Assembly: GCA_035504755.1 (NCBI GenBank)
Contig: DATJRM010000024.1
Coordinates: forward strand, 765 to 64,764
Length of the DNA: 64,000 bases
Origin: Candidatus Acidiferrales bacterium
GTDB taxonomy: Bacteria; Vulcanimicrobiota; Vulcanimicrobiia; Vulcanimicrobiales; Vulcanimicrobiaceae
Reading direction: 5' to 3'
Each line of letters starts with the position of its first letter. Positions within the stretch are counted from its first letter, which is position 1. Positions 35,549 to 44,688 of the stretch are shown one piece after another. Both the position numbers and the translations under genes were made by a program. The notes beneath the pieces are model-generated. The model saw nothing but the letters and a program-made list of their open reading frames with translations. It was not told where the DNA came from and searched no databases.

Positions 35549-36380
35549 GACCGCCCCTTTCGCGCGCAGCGTCTTGGATAGCCTGCAACGGCTCGCGGCG
35601 AGGTCGCCGCTGGCGGTGCGGCTTGCCGTCGCCATACGCAATCAGTGCCGCTGCGTGATCAAATATCACCTCGCGGAAAGTCCCGATGCACGCGATACCG
35701 GAGAACGCTGGCTGGTCGAGCGCGTCGCATCGTACGGTGACCGGTTCGTGGACGTAGGTGCGAACGTCGGCGATTGGCTCGGTATGGTCCGCGAGAGCGC
35801 GGTCGGGCGCCCCTTCACGGCGCTCGCGTTCGAACCGTCGCGCAGCGCATTCGAAGCGTTGCGAGACGGCTTCGGCGGCGATGCCAATATCGCGCTCTTC
35901 GACGTTGCACTGGGCGCATCGGCAGGATCGCTTTCGTTTTTCGAGGAGGCCGACGCCGGCCGGGGCAGCTCGCTCGTCGCGGACTTCGTGCGCGCGGCCG
36001 GCACGACGCGCTCGGTGACCGTCACGACGCTGGACGCGGCGTTGCGTGACGCCGGTTGGGATCGCGTCGATCTCCTCAAGGTCGATGCCGAAGGCTACGA
36101 TTTGCAGGTCATGCGCGGCGCGAGTGCATCGATCGCGTCGCAGTCGATCGGCGTGCTGCAATTCGAATACAATCGCGCCTGGCAACTTGCCGGTGATACA
36201 CTGCGTGCCGCCTACACGCTGCTCGAAGGAAGCGGCTACCGCGTCTTCGTGCTCAAACGCGACGGTCTTTATACGCTCGACTATCTACGGTATGAAGAGT
36301 ACTTCGAGTACACGAACTTCGTGGGAATCGCACCGCAGGCGCTGGCGCATTTCGAGGATCGGTTGCGCGGCGTCATCTAG
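35547..36380 (+). CDS. FkbM family methyltransferase
   Basis: It has FVDVGANVGDW, TLDAAL...VDLLKVDAEGYDLQVMRGA. The start is uncertain. Confidence 0.75.
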   Translation: MTAPFARSVLDSLQRLAARSPLAVRLAVAIRNQCRCVIKYHLAESPDARDTGERWLVERVASYGDRFVDVGANVGDWLGMVRESAVGRPFTALAFEPSRSAFEALRDGFGGDANIALFDVALGASAGSLSFFEEADAGRGSSLVADFVRAAGTTRSVTVTTLDAALRDAGWDRVDLLKVDAEGYDLQVMRGASASIASQSIGVLQFEYNRAWQLAGDTLRAAYTLLEGSGYRVFVLKRDGLYTLDYLRYEEYFEYTNFVGIAPQALAHFEDRLRGVI

Positions 36381-37311
36381 CGCCGGCGCGGTAGAGCCGG
36401 TCGCAGTCTGCGGCGTGTCCGGGCAGCGCGGGCCATTTGCCCGCTTCGACGCCGGCCTTGTAGCCGGAATGCGCGAACTCGAGTAACGTTGCGCTCGGAT
36501 CCGCTGATGCGCGCACGAGGTCGTACGGCAGTACGCCGAGATGGCCGGTGCCGGACGGGACCCACGCGGCGCCTTTCGGGGCCAGCGGCATCGAGGCGAG
36601 CGTTGCCGGTTCGGGCGAGGTGTAGGTGTAGTACGTCGGCGCCGGCGTCTTGTCGTCGCCGGGCCAGAAACCGACGGCGATGACTTCTTGCGAATAGGCT
36701 TCGTCTTCGACGACGTTATTGCTCGGCGGCCGATTCGACGGGCGTCCCGAGAAACGCGCGAGCGCGAGGTCGAAGCTGTGCCAGAAGAGATGCGCCGGAC
36801 TCTCCTTCGCGACCGTCTCGCTCGCGTATCGATCGAAGACGTCGGCACTCCAGAGCACGATCTCCCACCAGCGCCGGACCATGACGCGATCGTAGGCATG
36901 ATGTTCGCGGTCGGAGCTGAAGGGCGTTTCGACGCTCATCTTGTACGGCTTGTCGACGATCGCCGTCTCGATGCCAAAACCGGCCAGCAGCTCGAAGACC
37001 GCCTCGTAGAATTGCGCAACGGTCAGGCCGTCGCGCAGCGGAATCGTTGCCGGCGCGTGCGTTCCGGCGACGTTGATCACGAGCCGGTGATCGATGAAGT
37101 CGAACGCGATTTCGAAGAACGTCGTGCCGGCTCGCATGCGATACGTGGAGAGCCCGCGGGCGGTGGGATGCAGCGTTACGTTCCACCAGTGCGAGCGGTA
37201 GGGCACGTGGCCGAGGCGAATCTTTCCGACGATCTGACACATCAAGTGCAGGGTTGTCTTTGTCGGCTTCCAGTCCTCATAAGGCAGCGGAGCAAGCATC
37301 GGATGCGGCAT
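36373..37311 (-). CDS. conserved hypothetical protein (DUF5996-like, by recollection)
   Basis: The N-terminus WKPTKTTLHLMCQIVGKIRLGHVPYRSHWWNVTLHPTARGLST matches my memory of the DUF5996 family. I could not run a search. Confidence 0.55.
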   Translation of the reverse strand: MPHPMLAPLPYEDWKPTKTTLHLMCQIVGKIRLGHVPYRSHWWNVTLHPTARGLSTYRMRAGTTFFEIAFDFIDHRLVINVAGTHAPATIPLRDGLTVAQFYEAVFELLAGFGIETAIVDKPYKMSVETPFSSDREHHAYDRVMVRRWWEIVLWSADVFDRYASETVAKESPAHLFWHSFDLALARFSGRPSNRPPSNNVVEDEAYSQEVIAVGFWPGDDKTPAPTYYTYTSPEPATLASMPLAPKGAAWVPSGTGHLGVLPYDLVRASADPSATLLEFAHSGYKAGVEAGKWPALPGHAADCDRLYRAGAR

Positions 37312-37326
37312 GAGTAGAGGATACCA

Positions 37327-38523
37327 CTACCCCAGCAATCTTTCGATCGTCTCTCTGCGTGCCCACAGCTGCGGTTCGCCCGTGCCGACGGCGATAACGG
37401 GGGGCCGTGGAAAATAATTGTAATTGCTCGCCATGCTGTAGGTGTATGCGCCGGTCGTGCGCATCGCGACGAGATCGCCGGCCTTGAGGTCTTCGGGCAA
37501 CATCGCTTCGCCGAGCTCGTCGCTCTCGCACGAGCGGCCGCAGACGGTCGCAGCGCAAAGCCGCGTGCGCGGCTCGGCGGCTTCGAAATGATGGTAGGCG
37601 CCGTAGATCGCCGGGCGGGGATTGTCGGCAAGGCTCCCGTCGACGATGACGAAGCGCCGCCCCTCGAAATGCTTTACCGCGCACACGCGGTACATCGACG
37701 TGCCCGCCGGGCCGATCAGCGCGCGTCCCGGTTCGATCTCCACCCGCACGCCCTCGGGAATCACGCGCGCGACCGCGTCGAGCGTTCCCGCTACGTCGAA
37801 GATCTCATCCCGCGTATCCGGGTGCATCTGCACCCCGAATCCACCGCCGACGACAATCGTGTTCGCGGCGTCGAAGCCCATGTCGCGCGCGTGCTGCAAC
37901 ATCGCGAGCAGCCGCTGCGCGTTCTCTACGTAGGGCATCGTATCGTAGACTTGCGAGCCGATGTGGGCGTGAACGCCGAGCAATCGTAGCTCGCTCTTAC
38001 GCAGCAGTTCGAGCGCCGCCGTCTCCTCGCTGGGCGCGAAGCCGAATTTGCTGCGATCGCCTGCGGTTCGCACGAAGTCGTGCGTGTGCGCCTCGATGCC
38101 GGTGTTGAAGCGCAGCATGACCGGCGCACTCCGGCCGTGTGTGCGCGCGACGAGGCGATGCAACTCGTCCATCCCGTCGACCACGATCCGCCCCACACGG
38201 CCGTCGAGCGCGGCGTCGAGTTCTTCGTCGGTCTTGCCCGCGCCGTGCAGCGTAAGACGCACCGCTTCGAAACCGCCGCGTTCGGCGACGGCAAGTTCGC
38301 CGAGAGAGCAAACGTCGATGCCGATTGGTCGCGGATGAAGATGGCGGACGAGCCCGGTCAACAACAACGCTTTGCCGGCATACGAGATGGCGATGCCGTG
38401 CGGTGCGGCCGCAGCGAGCATGGCATCGAGGGCCGCGTCGAGGACGCGCAGGTCGATCGCCAGGAAGGGCGTACCGAAGCGCTCGGCCAGGACGTCGGCG
38501 CGTTCGCCCCCGATCGCGATCAC
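37327..38523 (-). CDS. lysA: diaminopimelate decarboxylase
   Basis: It has the PLP lysine in ISYAGKALL, plus GGGFGV, CESDEL and GAYTYSMASNYN..PRP. The start is set to GTG 38523, which overlaps the manA stop (GTGA). Confidence 0.85.
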   Translation of the reverse strand: MIAIGGERADVLAERFGTPFLAIDLRVLDAALDAMLAAAAPHGIAISYAGKALLLTGLVRHLHPRPIGIDVCSLGELAVAERGGFEAVRLTLHGAGKTDEELDAALDGRVGRIVVDGMDELHRLVARTHGRSAPVMLRFNTGIEAHTHDFVRTAGDRSKFGFAPSEETAALELLRKSELRLLGVHAHIGSQVYDTMPYVENAQRLLAMLQHARDMGFDAANTIVVGGGFGVQMHPDTRDEIFDVAGTLDAVARVIPEGVRVEIEPGRALIGPAGTSMYRVCAVKHFEGRRFVIVDGSLADNPRPAIYGAYHHFEAAEPRTRLCAATVCGRSCESDELGEAMLPEDLKAGDLVAMRTTGAYTYSMASNYNYFPRPPVIAVGTGEPQLWARRETIERLLG

Positions 38524-39584
38524 GCGAACTGTGCCATGAACGAATCGACGCGCGTCTGGTCGACACCGGCTGCCAGCAGTCGCACCGCGATTGTTTGCGC
38601 GGTCTTCGGCGGAGCGACGAGCATGAATGGCGCGCCGCGACCGTCGATAGCCGACACGGTGTACCACCGTGCCGCTGCCGGCACGAGCGCGGTTTGATAC
38701 TTGTCTAATGCCAACGCCACGTCGCCGGCGCGCACCGTCATCGGACGGTCGAGCGTCATGAGAACGACGGGACGGCCGCCCGTATCGAGCGACGCAGCTT
38801 CATCCGTCGCCACGACGCGCTCGACGATGAAGCGACTGCCTGCAACCAGCGCGGTTCGGTCCAGGCCTTCGTAATGATAGGCGATCGTTTCAGCGGCGCC
38901 CCGCGTGCCTTGATGGTAGTCGAGCACGTCGGCGGCCTTTTGCACGTGCAGCTCGCGCGGCTTGCCGTCCGAGCCCGTACGATTCCAATCGAAGATGCGA
39001 TAGGTGAGATCGCTCGCCTGCTGGGTTTCAAAGAGAATGATGCCGGCCCCGATCGCGTGCAATGTGCCGGCGGGCAGATAATAGGTCTCACCCGCCTTTA
39101 CGGGAACGCGGCGCAAGATCTCACCGAGCGTTCCGTTGGCCACGCGCTGCTCGTACTCGGCGCGGTTCGTGTCGTGCGCCCATCCGTAGACGAGCTCGGC
39201 CCCGTCCTGCGCCGAGAGAATGTACCAGCATTCCGTCTTGCCGTTGTGCTGATGTTCCACGCGCTGCGCGTACGCGTCGTCAGGATGAACTTGTACGGAA
39301 AGCGTGTCGCGCGCATCGATGAGCTTGGTGAGAATCGGGAAGATCTGTTGCGGATCGAGGTCGCCGAGGAACTCTGCGCCGAGCCGGGCGCGCAGGTCGG
39401 CGATCGTCTTGCCGGCGAGCGGCCCGTTTTTTACCGTATTGGCGTCCCAGCATTCCCATGACTCGCCGATCTTCGCGTGCGGGTCGCCGGGTTTGCCGAA
39501 ACGCGTCACCAAAGCATCACCGCCCCAGATCGCCGGCGCCTCCTTGGGCTCGACGGCATAGGGATAGATCGAGTCGTCGCTCAC
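38520..39584 (-). CDS. manA: class I mannose-6-phosphate isomerase (cupin)
   Basis: It has WGG, LSVQVHPDD, GKTECWYIL and YLPAGTLHAIG. I trimmed the start to GTG 39584 (GGAG 5 nt upstream), because the track start 39641 would overlap the divergent gene. Confidence 0.8.
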   Translation of the reverse strand: MSDDSIYPYAVEPKEAPAIWGGDALVTRFGKPGDPHAKIGESWECWDANTVKNGPLAGKTIADLRARLGAEFLGDLDPQQIFPILTKLIDARDTLSVQVHPDDAYAQRVEHQHNGKTECWYILSAQDGAELVYGWAHDTNRAEYEQRVANGTLGEILRRVPVKAGETYYLPAGTLHAIGAGIILFETQQASDLTYRIFDWNRTGSDGKPRELHVQKAADVLDYHQGTRGAAETIAYHYEGLDRTALVAGSRFIVERVVATDEAASLDTGGRPVVLMTLDRPMTVRAGDVALALDKYQTALVPAAARWYTVSAIDGRGAPFMLVAPPKTAQTIAVRLLAAGVDQTRVDSFMAQFA

Positions 39585-39633
39585 GATGGCTCCACGTTCA
39601 TCCGCATTCGGCTGTCCGGCGTATTCTTGACGT

Positions 39634-40104
39634 ATGTTCAAACTTGCAGCGCTAACGCTCTTTGCGGCAATTACCTCGCTTCAACCTGTCCTGACCTGGA
39701 AGGATTGGATCGGCGACCGCGTCCACGAGGCCGAACTTGCCGGCAAGGTCGTGATTCTCGACGTCTTTACCGTCGACTGCTATAACTGCCGGAACGTCGT
39801 ACCCACGCTGCGTTCGCTCTATGCGGCCGACCATGCCAAGGGTCTCGAAATCGTGGGCATTCATTCGCCCGAGACCCCGGCCGAGAAGCAACGGGCCTAT
39901 GTCGTGGAGAACCTTCGGCAGCAGGGCATCGTCTGGCCGGTCGCCGTCGACAACGCGTTCGACCTGTGGAACGCGTATGGCGTCAACGCCTGGCCGACGC
40001 AACTCTTCTTCGATCGCCACGGTCGCTTGCAGAAGGTCATCGTCGGCGACTCGCAAGACGACCTCGTGCGTTCGACGACGGAGGCCCTGCTCGCGGAGCA
40101 CTGA
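39634..40104 (+). CDS. secreted thioredoxin-fold redoxin (TlpA/ResA-like), CxxC = CYNC
   Basis: It has a signal peptide MFKLAALTLFAAITS. VILDVFTVDCYNCRNVVPTL and VNAWPTQLFFDRHGRL fit the family. Confidence 0.8.
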   Translation: MFKLAALTLFAAITSLQPVLTWKDWIGDRVHEAELAGKVVILDVFTVDCYNCRNVVPTLRSLYAADHAKGLEIVGIHSPETPAEKQRAYVVENLRQQGIVWPVAVDNAFDLWNAYGVNAWPTQLFFDRHGRLQKVIVGDSQDDLVRSTTEALLAEH

Positions 40105-40128
40105 AGGCTCCTTAAAGAAAAGTCAGGC

Positions 40129-41553
40129 GTGCACGTCTACATCGGCATCGGTTCGAACCTCGGAGACCGGCAAGCGAATATCCTTGCAGCCCTGCAGCGG
40201 CTGCGCGCATCCGCGCGCATCGGCCGCGTCTCCGCATTTTACGAGAGCGAACCGGCCGACGGCGCCGGCGGTCCGCCGTTTCTGAACGTGGCTGCGCAGA
40301 TCGAGACCTCGCTGGATCGCGAGTCGTTCGAGCGCATCCTCTCCGAGGTCGAGCTCTCGGTGGGCCGGATCTCGAACACGCGCCTGCAAGCACGGCCGAT
40401 CGACATCGACATTCTCGTCTTCGGTGATTGGACGCATCCGCAGCTCGCGGACCGGCCGTACAACGCGACGCCGCTCGCCGAGATCGCCCCGCAGTTTTCG
40501 CGGTTCGCGAAGAGCAACGGTAGCGCCGGGCCGCGCCGCCGCGCGCGCAGTTTGCATTTCCTGTCGAACCGTCAAGAGGAGTCGCCCGACGTTCGTCTCT
40601 CGCTCAACCGCGTCGGCGTTTCGCACGTTCGGCGCATCGTGCAGCTCGAGATCGACGGGCAGCCGCGCGTGTTCAACGGCGAATTTACGATGGTTGCCGA
40701 TCTTGCGCCCGACAAGGCCGGCGTCCATATGTCGCGGTTCTCGGAGATCCTCGAAGAAGCGACGCTCGACGTTCTCGCTGCATCACCCGAGCCCAAGCGC
40801 ATCGAAGGGTTGGTCGAGGCCATCGCGCGTGAGATCGTGCGCAGCCAGCGCGCGATCCGCGCCGACGTGCGGCTGCGCGCGGATTTTGCGCTCGAACGGT
40901 GGACGCCGGTCTCGGGCAAGCGCGGGGAAGAGATCTACACGCTCGTCGGGATCGCGCATGCCGATGAGGAAGGCACGCGTCGCGTGGTCGGAGTCGAAGC
41001 GGAAGGCATGACGGCCTGCCCGTGCGCCCAGCTCATGGTGCGCGAGCATTCGCTGCATCAACTCATGGAATCGGGATTCACGCAAGAGCAAGCGCAGCGC
41101 GCGCTCGATGCGTTACCGGTTGCCACCCACAATCAGCGCGGGCGTGGGGCGATATTGCTCGGCGTAGACGAACGATACGCAGACGTCGTGCGCGCGGAAG
41201 ACCTGGTCGAGATCGTCGAGGGTTCGATGTCGAGCGAGACCTACGACCTGCTCAAACGTCCCGACGAGTTCTTCATCGTCAACAAGGCCCACCAAAATCC
41301 GAAGTTCGTCGAAGACGTCGTGCGCGGCATTCTCTCACGCTCGCTCGACATGTACGCGGATCTACCGGACGATACGTTCGTGTTCGCGAGTCAGGTCAAC
41401 TACGAGTCGATCCACAAGCATGACGCGTTTGCGGAGGCGTTCGGCCTTTTTGGCGAGTTCCGTGACGAACTGCGCAGCGGCAGCTACGTTGTCAGCAAGA
41501 CCGATATCGCTTCTTGGCTGCACACGCGCCCCTCGCCGGTTCTCTCACCCTAG
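40129..41553 (+). CDS. fusion protein: HPPK (FolK) N-terminal domain plus GTP cyclohydrolase IB (FolE2/MptA family) C-terminal domain
   Basis: Residues 1 to about 125 read IGIGSNLGDR...SAFYESEP...PPFLNVAAQIETSL...GR...RPIDIDILVFG, which is HPPK. Residues from about 150 to 474 read LNRVGVS...AGVHMSRF...GMTACPCAQ...ATHNQRGRG...YESIHKHDAFA, which is the FolE2 family. It is a single uninterrupted ORF. Confidence 0.8.
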   Translation: MHVYIGIGSNLGDRQANILAALQRLRASARIGRVSAFYESEPADGAGGPPFLNVAAQIETSLDRESFERILSEVELSVGRISNTRLQARPIDIDILVFGDWTHPQLADRPYNATPLAEIAPQFSRFAKSNGSAGPRRRARSLHFLSNRQEESPDVRLSLNRVGVSHVRRIVQLEIDGQPRVFNGEFTMVADLAPDKAGVHMSRFSEILEEATLDVLAASPEPKRIEGLVEAIAREIVRSQRAIRADVRLRADFALERWTPVSGKRGEEIYTLVGIAHADEEGTRRVVGVEAEGMTACPCAQLMVREHSLHQLMESGFTQEQAQRALDALPVATHNQRGRGAILLGVDERYADVVRAEDLVEIVEGSMSSETYDLLKRPDEFFIVNKAHQNPKFVEDVVRGILSRSLDMYADLPDDTFVFASQVNYESIHKHDAFAEAFGLFGEFRDELRSGSYVVSKTDIASWLHTRPSPVLSP

Positions 41554-41621
41554 AGCGTCACAGCTCCGTCGTTCGAACGTCGGAGGCACGGCGTCGGCCA
41601 CGCATTGTAAGGGCGAGCCGC

Positions 41622-41651
41622 TTGACAGACTATATCGCTAATCGATATAGT
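41622..41651 (+). promoter_or_regulatory. predicted sigma70-type promoter overlapped by a perfect 9-bp inverted repeat (candidate PadR operator)
   Basis: TTGACA (41622-41627) is followed by an 18-nt spacer and TATAGT (41646-41651). The inverted repeat is ACTATATCG (41629-41637), CTAAT, CGATATAGT (41643-41651). GAGG lies 6 nt before GTG 41688. Confidence 0.6.
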
Positions 41652-41687
41652 GGAAGCCAACACAATCGTCCATCGTCGAGGTGATTC

Positions 41688-42032
41688 GTGCCCAACGATG
41701 TTGAGTCGCTCTTGCCGCTCAATCCTCGTGTCTTCTACATTCTGCTCTCGCTGGCGGAAGAAGAGCGTCACGGCTACGCGATCGCTAAAGCGGTAGAAAC
41801 CATTACCGGCGGCACCGTGCGAGTCACACCGGGCACGCTCTATCCACTGATCCGCCAACTCCTGACCGACGGCTGGATTCACGAGCTCGGTGAAGATGCG
41901 CACGATCCGCGCCGCCGGCGTTATCGACTCTCGGCTCTGGGCAAGCGCATCGCGCAAGCCGAAGCGCGCCGTCTCGACGCGTTGGTTCGCGTGGCGCGGT
42001 CATTCGCACTCTTACCGGCAACGCACGCGTGA
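41688..42032 (+). CDS. PadR family transcriptional regulator
   Basis: It has a winged-helix pattern FYILLSLAEEERHGYAIAKAV...GTLYPLIRQLLTDGWI...RRRRYRLSALG. Its stop overlaps the permease start (GTGA). Confidence 0.9.
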   Translation: MPNDVESLLPLNPRVFYILLSLAEEERHGYAIAKAVETITGGTVRVTPGTLYPLIRQLLTDGWIHELGEDAHDPRRRRYRLSALGKRIAQAEARRLDALVRVARSFALLPATHA

Positions 42033-44632
42033 CGCTGCGGCGTCTTCTCGCGCGCGCCGCGCTCCTGACGTACCCGCGCGATTTTCGTTCGGAGTACGAG
42101 GAAGAGATGCTCGCCGATCTCGACGCGGGCTCGGCTAACCCTCTTGCTCAATGTTTCGACCTCTTCAAAGGATCCGTGCGCATGCATTTCGATACGCTCG
42201 CCCGCGACGTCGCCTACGCCCTTCGGCGGCTGCGCGCGGCGCCGCTCTTCGTCGCGATCGTCGTGCTGACGTTCGCGCTCGGCATCGGTGCGAACGTGGC
42301 AGTATTTAGCGTGCTCGATGCAGTCGTGCTCAGGCCGTTGCCGTTTGCCGATCCGTCTTCGCTCACCGTACTCAGCTCGAGAGGACCGCGCGGAGACGTC
42401 TTTCCGGCGGTCTCTCCGCTCGATGCGCAGGACATCGCCGCGCACGAGCGCGGTTTTGCGGGAGTCGCGGCGACGGTCTCGCAGCAGCCGACGCTGCTGC
42501 TGGACGGGAAACCGTACGCATTGAACGGCTTGCAGGTCTCGTCGAACTATTTGAGCCTCCTGGGCGTGCGGCCGCGCCTCGGGCGCGCATTCACCGCGGC
42601 GGACGGCTCGGCGGGCGCGCGCAGTGCGATCATCTCCGATCAGGTTTGGCGCGAACGGTTCGGCGCCGATCCCGGCATCGTGGGGCGCAGCATTACGCTC
42701 GACGGCAGCGCGTACCGTGTCGTGGGCGTGCTCGCACCGCGGCAACTCCTGCCCGACGGCAACTTCGCCGGTATCCGCAGCGAAGACGTGCTCACGGCGC
42801 TGGCCGCGCATCTCCCGGCAGTGGAGCGCGGCGAGCGAATGGGCGGAGGCATCGCCCGTCTCGCGTCCGGCGTGACGCTCGAGCATGCGAACGCGGATCT
42901 CAAGCTGGTTTCGGCGGATCTTGCGCACGAGTACGCCGATACGGACAAGGGCTGGTCGTTCTTCGCGCAATCGTTGAGCGCGCTCGCTCTCGGCCGCGCC
43001 GCTTCCTCACTATGGGTCGTCTTCGCCGGCGTCGTCGCGATCTTGCTCATCGCCTGCGCCAACGTCGGCAACATGCTCGCCGCGCGCTGGTCCTCGCGCG
43101 ATCGCGAATTAGCCGTGCGCCGCGCGCTGGGCGCCTCCTCGCGCCGTATCGCGGGGCAGCTCCTGATCGAAACGGCGGTACTCGCGACTTTGGGCGCATG
43201 CTTCGGTATTGCGCTGGCGTACGCGGCGCTGAGCGGCCTTGCCGGTCTGGTGGAACACGCGCTTCCGCGTGCGGGAACGATCGGCATCGACGGCATGAGC
43301 CTGCTCTATGCGCTAATCGTCGTCATCGTGGCAACGTTCCTCGCCGGTCTTTCGCCGTTGCTCTCGCTACGAGCGACGGATCTACAGACGGTGTTGAAGT
43401 CGGCCGGACGCGGCGGCGACGGTTCGCGCCGCCATCGTTTGCGCGCGGCGCTCGTCGTTTTGGAAGTAGCGCTCGCGATCGCGCTGGTGACGATCTCCGG
43501 ACTCGTGCTGCGCAGCTTTCTCGCGGTGATCGACACGCCGCTGGGCGTGAACACGAGCGGCGTGGTAGCGAGCGCCCCCGTCTCGCTGCCGTCGCTTGGA
43601 CTGCCGTTTCAAACGGCCGGCAACACCAGCCTGCAGAACGACGTGCTGCGCCGGTTGCACGCGCTTGCCGGCATCGAGTCGGCCGCGCTCGCGTTGACGT
43701 ATCCCGTCGGCGACGTGGAATTGCAGGGACCGGCCGTCGTCTTCGGCCGGACCTACTCGAAGGGAGCCGAACCGCTGGCGCTCTCGAACGCCGTCACGCC
43801 GCAATACTTCACCGTTTTCGGCGTGCATCCGATCCTCGGGCGCAGCTTCAATGATACGGATACGGCAAACGCTGCTCCGGTCGCGATCGTGAGCCGGCGG
43901 TTCGAGCAACTTTATTTGCGCGGTATGAATCCGCTCACGGCGCGCATTCGCATCCAAACCGGCCCGACCCAGTGGCACTGGGCGCAGATCGTCGGCGTCG
44001 TTCCCGACGAACGCGTTGGTGTCGGCGCGGACGCCGATGCGGAGTCGCTGCTGCCCGAGTACTACGCGCCGCTCGGTCAGCTTTCAACGCCCTTCTTTTC
44101 CGCGGTCGTGCGTGCGCCGCACCTCGACCCCGCGGTCGCCGGGCGAGAAGTCGACAGCGCGTTTGCGGCGGCGATGCCGCTCACCCCGGCACCGCAGACG
44201 TTCACCATCGCCCAGCGCGTCGCCGAAGATACACGAGCACAGCGCTTGACGACGATCCTGCTCGGATCGCTTGCGGCAATCGCCTTGCTGTTGGCGCTCT
44301 CCGGCATCTTCGGCGTCGTCTCGTTCTCGGTCACGCAGCGATCGCGCGAGTTCGGCGTGCGCATGGCGCTGGGCGCTTCGACGTCCGGCATTCTTGCCGA
44401 CGTGGTACTGCACGCGATTACGACGACGGCGATCGGCGTTGCCATCGGGGTCGTGGCGGCCGCCTTCGCGGCGCGTGCGATCGTGGCACAGCTCGGCGCG
44501 GTCTCGCCATTCGATCCGACGACGTTCGCCTGCGTTGTCGCCTTGGTCTTCGTCAGCGCCGCGATCGCCTCGCTTCAGCCCGCCTTGCGCGCGACGCGCG
44601 TTGCGCCGGTCGAGGCGCTCCGCTATGAATAG
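42029..44632 (+). CDS. ADOP-type duplicated FtsX/MacB-like efflux permease
   Basis: It is 867 aa with two MacB-periplasmic plus FtsX modules (RDRELAVRRALGASSRRI and TQRSREFGVRMALGAS loops). It has no ATPase domain. Confidence 0.9.
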   Translation: MTLRRLLARAALLTYPRDFRSEYEEEMLADLDAGSANPLAQCFDLFKGSVRMHFDTLARDVAYALRRLRAAPLFVAIVVLTFALGIGANVAVFSVLDAVVLRPLPFADPSSLTVLSSRGPRGDVFPAVSPLDAQDIAAHERGFAGVAATVSQQPTLLLDGKPYALNGLQVSSNYLSLLGVRPRLGRAFTAADGSAGARSAIISDQVWRERFGADPGIVGRSITLDGSAYRVVGVLAPRQLLPDGNFAGIRSEDVLTALAAHLPAVERGERMGGGIARLASGVTLEHANADLKLVSADLAHEYADTDKGWSFFAQSLSALALGRAASSLWVVFAGVVAILLIACANVGNMLAARWSSRDRELAVRRALGASSRRIAGQLLIETAVLATLGACFGIALAYAALSGLAGLVEHALPRAGTIGIDGMSLLYALIVVIVATFLAGLSPLLSLRATDLQTVLKSAGRGGDGSRRHRLRAALVVLEVALAIALVTISGLVLRSFLAVIDTPLGVNTSGVVASAPVSLPSLGLPFQTAGNTSLQNDVLRRLHALAGIESAALALTYPVGDVELQGPAVVFGRTYSKGAEPLALSNAVTPQYFTVFGVHPILGRSFNDTDTANAAPVAIVSRRFEQLYLRGMNPLTARIRIQTGPTQWHWAQIVGVVPDERVGVGADADAESLLPEYYAPLGQLSTPFFSAVVRAPHLDPAVAGREVDSAFAAAMPLTPAPQTFTIAQRVAEDTRAQRLTTILLGSLAAIALLLALSGIFGVVSFSVTQRSREFGVRMALGASTSGILADVVLHAITTTAIGVAIGVVAAAFAARAIVAQLGAVSPFDPTTFACVVALVFVSAAIASLQPALRATRVAPVEALRYE

Positions 44633-44656
44633 ACCTTGCGCGGTAGGTCCATCTCT

Positions 44657-44678
44657 GATATACCTGTAATGGATATAC
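44657..44678 (+). promoter_or_regulatory. direct GATATAC repeats upstream of the second padR (possible operator/internal promoter)
   Basis: GATATAC occurs at 44657-44663 and 44672-44678, flanking TGTAAT (44665-44670). The core GATATA is the same as the half-site of the 41629-41651 palindrome. Confidence 0.35.
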
Positions 44679-44688
44679 TGGAGGTTCG

